The position numbers and the translations under genes are program-made. A stretch of DNA of 32,836 nucleotides from Octopus bimaculoides (Eukaryota): contig NC_068986.1 in NCBI RefSeq assembly GCF_001194135.2, positions 101,526,183-101,559,018 of the forward strand, read 5' to 3'. This document shows, piece after piece, positions 23,722 to 32,836 of this stretch. The notes beneath the pieces were generated by a model, which was given only the letters and a program-made list of their open reading frames with translations, searched no databases and was not told where the DNA came from. Each line of letters begins with the position of its first letter. Within the stretch, counting starts at the first letter, position 1.

Positions 23722-24959
23722 TTATTTATTTTCTGATGGTTGAAGTCCTTGACTACAAGCATCTTTATAGTCACTAATGCCAATTCTTCTTAAACTGTCT
23801 TTATTTACAAAATTTGAAAATTTTTCGAATGAGCATAAGGTTTCGCTTGTAGCAGAACCACAAAACGGTGTCAAATTTGTTATATCACGTCCGTTGTATA
23901 ATAGCCTAATGTAATATTTCTTTTGTCGGTTTCGCCGTAAACTGTACATCTCGAATATTATTCTGGAAGCATAAGGTGGCCACTTGCCACTGTGAGCACC
24001 GAGTGCAGTTAGCACAGGTGTTACTGTGACGTCGTGACCCGAGTAAAGGAAGAGTTTAGTCGTTGGGTTTCCGTGCATGTACGATTTCATTGATTGCACG
24101 ATCTCGTACAGAAACGGGTATGTGGCAAGGCGGTGTCGTTTGAGATTGGTGCTGTCCGAAGTCACCTGACGATTCCCGTTTTGATCGAGATGTTCCCATA
24201 AATTGTCCAATACCATCCAATCTATGCATTGACCCTTGCCATTACAAGGGAGACTGATATTGTGGCAGGCGTAAAACATAAAAACGTCCATCATTGCACT
24301 GGCCCATGGAAGTTGAGGGACTTTTAAATTATATACAGCGGCTATTTTCTGTGCCAAATAGTAATACTGTGAATTGTTTTGTATAAGAAACGATGCTAGA
24401 CGATCGGTTGACTGTTTTAGAGCATGGATTACTGGACAGTGGCAAGAAGAACCAAAATAACGTTGAGAGCACATCAATAGATTGGATGAGCGTTCAATGA
24501 GAAGTTCTGTGAGATTGAAATGCGGTAGAAATCCATAGAGGAAAGCTATGGCACTTTGGTAAGTTCTGGAGTATTCGGTGCTACGAATATAGACTTTTCG
24601 AGCATTGAAAGTATTTCCGAATAACCTCCATCGATGTACATATGTATCTTTGAGAAATTCTCCTATCTGGAGATGCTGAAGAACACCAAGCCCGGTTAAC
24701 TGAGACCCATCACAAATTCGATGATTAGGATGGAGGGCCCAGTTCTTAAATCCACTGGCAGGATGTTGTTTACCCTGGAATGCCATCATTGTTGGCAAAT
24801 ATCCTTCTAAATATGGGCTGAAAGATGAAAAAAGTTGTTGATCCATATGACATCCTAACGTTGGATTAGGATGGTTCCGAAACGAATGCATTGGTGTACG
24901 ATCACCATGTCTGATCAGTACATAAACTTGTTCCAAGTTGTACTTCAGAGGAACATCAC
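23722..24959 (-). CDS. PXYLP1: Terminal large coding exon of 2-phosphoxylose phosphatase 1 (histidine acid phosphatase, PXYLP1/ACPL2-like)
   Basis: Open frame of over 400 codons with the catalytic RHGDRTP (RHGxRxP) motif and the C-terminal GHDVT (HD) motif. Segments such as LYGFLPHF, CHNISLPC and RLLYNGRDIT match PXYLP1 as I recall it. The acceptor TTTTTTTTCTTAG|GT at 24960/24959 is phase 1 and gives GDVPLKYNLEQVYVLIRHGD. The stop is at 23722-23724. Confidence 0.93.
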
Positions 24960-25741
24960 CTAAGAAAAAAAAAGAACACTGTGATTAATATCGATACATT
25001 AAAAGTCAAGGCAAATTCAATGCGTGTATGTGAAATCTTCCTAATATATCACCACACACAAATGAAAACTATCGTCTTTATATAACTTGTTACGTAATTG
25101 TTAAAACAATAACCGGGCATGAACTCGTTTATGATACGTTCATTATACAACACAGTGACATCTCAATTTACATGTCTAGTTCTAGGATATGAAATATATA
25201 AACAGCATGATATAATAATTTTTGTTATTTGCTTCAGTGAGAATGAATCATAACATGCACGTGTCATCAACAAACTATCGATTTTAACAGATATGACATT
25301 TAGAATGTTAGTATAAGACGACAAAAGATGTAAAAATAATAATATTCATATATATTCTCTAATGTCCAATGAACTTATGATTAATTCAGATTTGTAAATG
25401 GTTATGATGAAGAGAATGAAATGTCAGCAGGATACGCTAAATAATGTCTCATAGGAAACAATATTTTAAAATGAAACCAGTTCCTTGTGCAGTAGATGAC
25501 ACAGACAGTTACCTACATAGCTTTGACATCCAAATCACTCCTATCCTTTTCTCTCAGTATCTCACACGAGGCATTCTCCGTACAAATGTACTAGTCGAAT
25601 TCTTTCTTCGGAGAATTTCCTTCGACTGTTATCTTTTCACAAAAATATTATTTCATGCAGAGAAACTCAGCATCAGCCTCACAGGCCAGGGAGTTTGTGT
25701 AATGATCACGAGAAATGACATAGAAAATCTAAAATAGATCA

Positions 25742-25968
25742 AGGTCCTTTCCGAGCCTTAGGCTCATGTGATCGGTTTCCCAGATTCTGTGGTGCATATA
25801 TTCTCCATCTGGACAGGACAGCAGTCAGTCTCAGGATTACTCACTTTTGCAAGCTGAATGGATTAGAAAACATCAATATGAAGAGTCTTCCTCAAGAACA
25901 GAACCGCCCGGTTCAAGAATGAAGACCGCACTCCTACGATCACAACAACACCCTTATTACTAAGCCAC
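25742..25968 (-). mobile_element. tRNA-derived SINE (second family) in the PXYLP1 intron
   Basis: The minus-strand head GTGGCTTAGTAATAAGGGTGTT... has an A-box-like TGGCTTAGT. The body has GTTCTTGAG, GAGTAATCCTGAGACTGACTG and GTCCAGATGG segments typical of V/CORE-like SINE cores (recalled, not searched). Confidence 0.7.
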
Positions 25969-26307
25969 TTGAATTCGCAATCTCGGAAATTACTGTGACT
26001 AAATAATGAAAATGACTGCAATATTTGGCCGAGTTTGGACAAGATCATGCCCCCGAATGTGGGATGGAACAATTCGCACGAGCTCACCTCATCGTGGACT
26101 AATTATTTCTAATAATGTTGATCTGCAGTTCTTAATGTGTCTAAACTTCATTTCAATGTTTGTATTTTTTCTTGGAGATTAACACTAATGGGTTCAGTAG
26201 AAATATGCGTGACCTAATTAATGTGGAGTCAATAGTGAGAGAGAGAAGAATGTATCGAGAGACGATCTAGCTTTGACTACCATGCGTTTAGAGATAATTG
26301 TATAATA

Positions 26308-26513
26308 TCCTTTCTACTAGGCACAAGGCCTGAAATTTCGGGGAGGAGATATTGGATTACATCCACTCCAGTGCATAACTGGTACTTATTTAATCGCCCA
26401 CGAAAAACAAAGTCCAAAGTCGACCTCGGCGGAATTTTAATCCAAAACATAGTACAGGTGAAATACCGCTAAGCATTTCGCCTGGTGTGCTAACGATTCT
26501 GCCAGCTCGCTGC
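26308..26513 (-). mobile_element. tRNA-derived SINE (third family, Meta-domain-like) in the PXYLP1 intron
   Basis: The minus-strand head GCAGCGAGCTGGCAGAATCGTTAGCAC has an A-box-like motif and a degenerate B-box (GATTAAAATTCC). It is followed by GAGGTCGACTTTG...AAATAAGTACCAG; a related fragment lies at 19526. Confidence 0.75.
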
Positions 26514-28324
26514 ATGATATAAATGCATAATATATTTCCAATTTATGTTTATTCGGTCAAAGCCGTAGAGCTTAATTCAATGGCAAGTTGGTTATTATAT
26601 CTGGCTGTTCGAGTTGTCAAGTTCTAGATTTCCAGAAAATTTGTAAATTTGTAAGAGCAAGAAAGCAAACCAAATGACAATCATTTAGCAATTTACATAA
26701 TGGCATTTTATACACCCTGTATTATTCTTACTTTCATGAAAACATAGAAAGAAACGACATTACTCTACGCTTTACTTCCAAATTGAGGGAAAACAATCAA
26801 AATACAATTCTTACACAGAATCATATTATTTTATTATATTTATTTATTATCATGTATCAAATGCACATAAAACTTTTTTAAGAAATACGAAGGAAACTAA
26901 TTAAAATTTTCTACAACCAACTCCCTTTTCTCTTTCTCCTTATCATTTACTCGTTAGAGAACATATAGTTTACTCATTAGAATATATACGAAGCGTTTCT
27001 CATTAACTCGCTTACATATGGAATACATATTTAACGCCCCAAAAGATTCCTTTAGATAAGTAATGGAAGGAATTTACTGAAGAATTACGAATATTATATC
27101 ATACATAGTTTTGAATATAAATGCAGTTTTGGAATTAATTTCCGCCAGCATTTCTAACTAAATGGGTCTCGAAAGTGATAATAGGTTTGAGTACCCAAAT
27201 GGAAATCCGTTGCAATGACAGCTGCCACAAAGATAAAGAAATGTAAGATGAACATTTGTTATATAATAACACGAATGGACAGGAAACACGTTATAATAAT
27301 AAGCTTGCCAAATATGTGGAATGCGTTTTCATAAGCATTTATAAATATTAGTTTATAAAGATGATTTTGCGTAGATAGAGAATCACCATCGTCGAATACT
27401 TCTATAATGAAACCCTTGTAATTATATTACTTGCTGCGAACTGATGAGAAACAAAATAGATTGGATCGTTATTTGATCACAGAATGCGGAAGGACGGTAC
27501 TAGATAATGAAAAGAATAAAGCATTAAAAGCTGCCCTATCTTCTTTCTTCTGCATACTATTCTTATTGATTTCTCTCTCAATATATACATTTCTAGCGTT
27601 GACACTAACCACCGACCACTAATTTAGTCACTAATCTAGTTTGGACGACAGAGTCCATTAAATGGGCAAGAATTCAAAATTTACCGACTCTGAAATCCTG
27701 ATAGTCAAATTCTACTGTTGATACTTTATAGGATTTGCTTTTAAACCATAAAGATGAGTAACTTGAATCTGATCCTAATATTACCGTTTGCCATTCACAG
27801 CAATCCGCTATTTTACCAATAAAATCTACTATTAAGTAATATCGATAACTTCGTTCTGATATGTCGTGAGCTTTTATAAAATACAAGAGAGGAATAAAAT
27901 TAAATTACCATATCTTAAATTGAAATGGCCAAATGGAAGAGAATTCAACGAATTTAGCTACAATTAGCATTTGATATAAAACAACACTGATGTAGCTTAT
28001 GATATTCTTTTACTCATTTACCGTTTTCTATCATGCGAATGTTTCCAAATGTAATCACCACTTCTCTAACGGAGAGAGATATGTCGAAACAAGTCTCCCA
28101 CTTCTTCGCACCATTATTTAACGTCCACGTTTCCATGCTTGCAGAGGCAAAAATGTATTTGTTAGCGTGGTTTTTCTACTGCTGCAAATATATCGTATCG
28201 CTAATCTCACCTGCAAGTATTTCCTATGCCCATACATGTTTCTGAATACTGAAAATGAACATCTCTTGAGTATTCATGATGACAGTTTATAACCAACACG
28301 CTACGTCAAAATACACACCCACAC

Positions 28325-28490
28325 ACGATATGCTTTTGTCAGTTTCCACCTACTAAATCCTCTCACAAAACTAAGTTAAACCCGGAACTATATCAGAAGA
28401 CACTTGCCTAAGGAGATGTATAGTGCGGCTGAACCTTAGACCACATGATTTAGAAACAAATGTTTCTTAACCATTGGTCTATGCTTGACC
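28325..28490 (-). mobile_element. Degraded 5' half of the 4335-4691 SINE family
   Basis: GCTTTTGTCAGTTTCCACCTACTAAATCC...GAAGACACTTGCCTAAG aligns by eye with 4540-4625. Confidence 0.65.
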
Positions 28491-29478
28491 TATAGCAACA
28501 CCTTCGCGTCTTCTATTCTCTTGTATGTAATATCGTAACTGATGCCCTTTTTCAGACACATAATTTAATAAAGGATAAAGCAAATCTAAGTGCAATTTTG
28601 ACCAAATAATATCGATACTTTATTTCCAGCAACAATCTGTTACTTAAACATAAGTAATACGAATTTATATATACCGTCCATTTAAACTACATTGTGGACG
28701 AGACTTTTGCAAAGTTTACGGCATTGTACAAAAAGAAAGCAAGTCACCATGCTGTTACTTGCATTGTTCGTGGAGCTCAATTAGCAAACTTTACCTAAAT
28801 AAATGCTTTCACTAACGAATCGAAGTTGGACTACAAATTGTCGCTATCCCGAATTTCACCTTATGCGTATTATATTTAATTATGGAACCATTTGCATATA
28901 ATGCTACTCACAAATATGGTACGCTCAAGAGAAAGTGTTTAAGAGGGCATTTGTTTAAAACCATAAAAGAAAACTTGTTTAACTGCTTATGTTTGGCAAT
29001 ATTTCATCGTTAAATCTGGATAGCAAACTCAATATTTAGATTTTACTAGAAATTAGTCAACGAACTAGTCATGAAATAGCAATGGAAACTTACAACCTGC
29101 ATCTTTCAATAAAGAGTGTTAAAAGGGATTGTGTAATCACCGATCTGCAAAAATACGTGAAGGTAATGTTCCGAATGATTTTCATTTATCGGATCTACTC
29201 AATAAAATCTCATTTAGGGCCCAATTGTTAACAATAATAAACATTATATTGCATTTCACCTTTCTAGTTACAGGTAATGAATAGATATGTGTAACAGCGT
29301 TGAACCGTTCGAGGATCTTTCTTTAGTAAATGCGTTGTATATATTTTACCAACAAAGTGTGGACTGTTACTGAAATGTACGACAGTGTACGGGAATGCTA
29401 TTTGTTTTGTCACCTCAACTATCAAATTCCTGTCTAATGTAAGGACCACACAGAATAAATCTGAGGAGAAGAAAATAC

Positions 29479-30053
29479 GGATCTTTTTTTAAAACGGGGG
29501 CCACATTTTTCATTAATGTTTTACGTTGTGTTTTTGGTACGGACAGACTGTCAAACTTCGTATACTTATCTATTTTGTGTTATAGAACAGAAAAATATTT
29601 TTGTATTCGAATTTATTTCATGTAAAAAATTGTCTTATTTCGATAATTTCAACCAATCACTGACAAGTATTCAGTTGTTTAGATTTACTCCTTTGGCTGA
29701 TTATGCGATGTAAAGCGTATTTAATCTCCATACCTTCCTTTTATTTGCTTTTTTCATTTTAAATTTGCTTTAACCCTAACCCTAACCCTAAGGTTAAGGT
29801 TAGGGTTAGGGTTAATTGTTTCAGAATCGTTTGTTTATGTAGTCGGCACTTAATGTATATCGGCTGAATGGACGTCAGTGATTGGTTGAAATTACAGAAA
29901 TACGACAACTTTAACATGGAATAACTTATGGACTTCTTTTTTTTTAAAGAAGACTAAGAGAAAAATATGTTTTATATGACACATTCTGCCAGTGTTCCAA
30001 GTTTCAAAGTGTATCGTTAATGAAAAATGTGGCCCCCGTTTTAAAAAAGATCC
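29479..30053. mobile_element. 575-bp non-autonomous DNA transposon (MITE), Merlin-like
   Basis: TIRs of about 38 bp: GGATCTTTTTTTAAAACGGGGGCCACATTTTTCATTAA at 29479-29516 and its reverse complement at 30017-30053, differing by one T in the homopolymer. An exact 8-bp TSD, GAAAATAC, lies at 29471-29478 and 30054-30061. GG termini with an 8-bp TSD fit the Merlin superfamily. Confidence 0.88.
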
Positions 30054-30317
30054 GAAAATACATCTGATATGTATTTGGTTCTATGTTTTGCGAGTTTCTG
30101 TAATTTGAATTTGAATAGATTTAAAATTAAAATCTGAAGAGCCATAATTTATCATGCAGGGCGTAAAATCCAATGCATTAAATATGCAGTAAACGAATGA
30201 ATTTTAGTAGTGCAATTTTATTACTAATGAACAAGTACGAAAATAAGGCTAAACTGCTGAAAGTGTGATATATAATTTTAAGAATTTCGAAATATTATTC
30301 GATATAAAATAAAATAC

Positions 30318-30599
30318 CTTCTGAGCCAGCAAATGGTAACATGGGAGAATTGCAATACTCCGCAATACGTGAGACAGATAGAGGATTACGAGTTTTTGTA
30401 TGTTGCCATGTAGACCTCCGTTCGGAGAGATGAAGTTTTTTTAAGTATTTATCGGTATCTTCATCTTCATCATCGGAAAGCATATGCCCACGTTTTCCTA
30501 CGAAACCGGAAGCACGAGCTACACCGATGTGATTTTGAGGCACACTTGAATGTTGAGGCCACCTTTGGTTTAGCTGTGGTGACTGGTTGATGTAAAAAT
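30318..30599 (-). CDS. PXYLP1: Upstream coding exon of the PXYLP1-like gene (stem region ending ...AEYCNSPMLPFAGSE-G)
   Basis: 282-bp exon bounded by TTTGCAG|AT (30600/30599) and GAAG|GTATTT (30318/30317). It is phase 1 at both ends and joins the 24959 acceptor in frame. It contains the YCNxP...EG motif that precedes the catalytic domain in PXYLP1 proteins. Confidence 0.85.
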
Positions 30600-31140
30600 C
30601 TGCAAATATATGAAACAAGATGTAAATACATATCGATTAAACATACAAATTTTGATATAATTGCTATATTAGGAACTGAAAAGAGGTTCTGTTTTTCAAA
30701 TATTCTGGGGATTATTCTTCTTATCCAGCCTCCATATTTTTCATAATATGCTTATTTTAAAGTGATAATTATATAATATAATAAAAAAAAACGTAGTGGC
30801 ATTGTTCTGAGGATATACAAATATAGTCGTTGTAGTATACTGTATCTATGAATAACAGTGGTGGTATATTTGAAATGACGAAATGGAATTAAAAATAAGA
30901 TAATACCGTGTTTCCACAACTTTATTTAGATTATTACAATAACAAGAGTAGAAAAGATTTGACACATGACAAAATTGCGCTCTCCCTTTTATGAGAAAAA
31001 GAATCAAACAACTAATATAACATGCACGCACAAACGCACACAATATATATAGACAAAAGTTTATATGCATACATATACGTATATAGTTGCATTATTTAAG
31101 CGTGTATGCTTGTGTGTGCGTGTGTGTGTGTTTGTGTGTT

Positions 31141-31196
<56 letters not shown>

Positions 31197-31273
31197 TATA
31201 TACGCTTGTATGTAGGGCTGTAATATATACGGGTGTGCCTGTATTGTATATAACTCTTTTACTTGCGTCCGTA

Positions 31274-31480
31274 ATTTGAGAGCGATCATGCTGGAGCACC
31301 GTCTTCTGGTCGAACAAATCGACCCCAGAACTTATTCTTTGTAAGCCTAGTACTTATATCGGTTTCTTTTGGTGAACCGCTAGAACCGGGGACGTAAACA
31401 GACAATCAGGTCTCAAGTAATGGTGGAAGTACAATACACACACACACACACGCACACACACACACACACACGCACACACA
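31274..31480 (-). mobile_element. 3' half of a SINE (4335-type) with its internal CA repeat, split by Tc1
   Basis: CATGCTGGAGCACC...CTTATTCTTTGTAAGCCTAGTACTTATATCGG matches 4340-4400; (CA)n follows to the gap. Confidence 0.8.
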
Positions 31481-31588
31481 NNNNNNNNNNNNNNNNNNNN
31501 NNNNNNNNNNNNNNNNNNNNNNNNNNNNNNNNNNNNNNNNNNNNNNNNNNNNNNNNNNNNNNNNNNNNNNNNNNNNNNNNNNNNNNNN

Positions 31589-32599
31589 AAGGTAATTCAA
31601 ATTCATGAAAATGACAGATCTATCGGACTTTCAAAGAGGTCAAATTGATGGTGTTCGTATAGCAGGCGCTAGTGTAATGAAAACAGCCGAAATGTTTGGC
31701 ATATCAAGAAGTACTGTCTCGAACGTAATGACAGCCTTTAAGAAAGAGTGTAAAACCTCCTCATGGAAACACATCTCCGGAAGAAATCTAAAACTTTCAG
31801 ATAAGGACCGTCAGACTCTTACGTGAATTATTAGAAAGGATCACGAAAGTACATCTCTCAAAATCACAGCAGAGCTTCATGACCACCTCGAGAACCCAGT
31901 TTCCACAAGAAAACTGTTCGACGGAAGCTGCACAAAGCTGGATTTCATGGGAGAGCTGTAATCAGAAAACCCTTTCAAAAACGAACATTGCAAAGCGTTT
32001 AGGGTGGAGCAAAAACCTACACAATTGGTCTCTAGAGGAATGGAAGAACGTTATTTTATCGGACAAATCATCCTTTACATTATTTCCGACCACCGGCCGT
32101 GTATACTCGTGGAGACAGCCAAAAGAAGCATTTGATCCAGACTTCCTTCTTCCAACAGTTAAACATGGAGGAGGATCTATGACAGTCAAGACTATTTAAG
32201 CATTGTATCTGATCAAATTCATCCTATGTTTGCAAAACTATTTCCGGAGGGAAACGCAATCTTTCAGGATAATAATGCATCACTTCACAACGCTGAATGG
32301 CACGAGGAGCATTCTAGTGAAGTTGAGCATCTTTTCTGGCAACCACAATCCCTATGTCTCAATACTGTTGAACATTTATAGTGCATTTTAGAAAAACATG
32401 AAAGGAGTCAATATTCTTCCCCATCATCACTACCAGCACTGGAGACTGTTTTAGCTGAATAATGGACACAACATGCTTTAGAAACAGTTCAAACTTTTTA
32501 GAATCCATGGTGTAATTACTGCCAAAGGCGGTCCAAACACATATTAAAATAAATGTATTTGAAATTTTAAGGTGTTTCTGTTATTTTGTCCAACACCAT
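31589..32599 (+). mobile_element. Decayed Tc1-family transposon
   Basis: HTH region TDLSDFQRGQIDGVRIAGASVMKTAEMFGISRSTVSNVM, then WKNVILSDKSSF, PTVKHGGGS, FQDNNASLH and WQPQSLCLNTVEHL*. Catalytic residues are mutated, with frameshifts and an internal deletion after SMTV. A right TIR-like GGTGTTTCTGTTATTTTGTCCAACACC is followed by TA; the left end lies in the gap. Confidence 0.9.
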
Positions 32600-32611
32600 T
32601 ACATATATATA

Positions 32612-32778
32612 GGACTGGCTTCTTTCAGTTTCCATCTACTAAATCCACGAACAAGGCTTTGGCCTACCTGAGGCTATTATAATAGAAGTCACACGCCTAA
32701 TGAGCTGGGCAATAGGACTGAGCCCGGGACCATGTGGTTGCGAAACAATCTTCTTACCACATGGCAACGCCTGCGCCT
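32612..32778 (-). mobile_element. 5' half (tRNA-derived head) of the SINE split by Tc1
   Basis: The minus strand reads AGGCGCAGGCGTTGCCATGTGGTAAG...GGGCTCAGTCC (A- and B-box-like) and matches 4540-4691. Confidence 0.82.
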
Positions 32779-32836
32779 ATATATATATATATATAAATAA
32801 CCCCTGCGCCTATATATATATATATATATATATATA

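Larger units (their letters stand above)
4087..31588. other. Seven assembly gaps: 4087-4333, 5715-6377, 7226-7506, 8914-9455, 10978-11467, 22962-23349, 31481-31588
   Basis: N-runs, each adjoined by (TA)n or (CA)n on at least one side and most on both. All X-containing ORFs in the track are artefacts of these gaps. Confidence 0.99.

Noticed and set aside
29770-29815. Ancestral telomere-telomere fusion site
   Set aside because: The orientation is CCCTAA then TTAGGG, opposite to an end-to-end fusion. The tract is tiny and lies inside a TSD-flanked MITE.
30846-31070. ORF 30846-31070 as the PXYLP1 first exon
   Set aside because: It starts in microsatellite-like sequence, has no clean signal anchor, and has no convincing phase-1 donor.
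32779-32836. Second CCTGCGCC-(TA)n copy next to the SINE head
   Set aside because: This short duplication inside a TA run at the window edge is most likely slippage or an assembly artefact.

Overview
AT-rich, microsatellite-dense animal genomic DNA with seven N-gaps. The SINE families and the (TA)n/(CA)n/(TAA)n load suggest an octopus scaffold; this is inferred from recalled repeat sequences, not from a search. One protein-coding gene is well supported: a PXYLP1/ACPL2-like 2-phosphoxylose phosphatase on the minus strand, with two coding exons in the window (30318-30599 and 23722-24959) that splice in frame. Its first, membrane-anchor exon was not found. The other identifiable DNA is transposon-derived: a head-to-tail array of three R4/Dong-type non-LTR retrotransposon fragments in (TAA)n repeats (1-2300), several tRNA-derived SINEs, a 5S rRNA fragment abutting a SINE head, a Penelope-like GIY-YIG remnant, a mariner remnant, a Tc1 remnant nested inside a SINE, and a 575-bp MITE with an 8-bp TSD and a central inverted telomeric-repeat palindrome. 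Several repeat-free islands between 2.6 and 19.5 kb are poor in stop codons and may be an unrecognised gene or a decayed long ORF; I could not assign them. I found no clear evidence of a wholly new biological system. The best leads are the 5S-SINE junction, the telomere-palindrome MITE, the R4/Dong array with its 39-bp junction repeats, and the cryptic coding-like islands.
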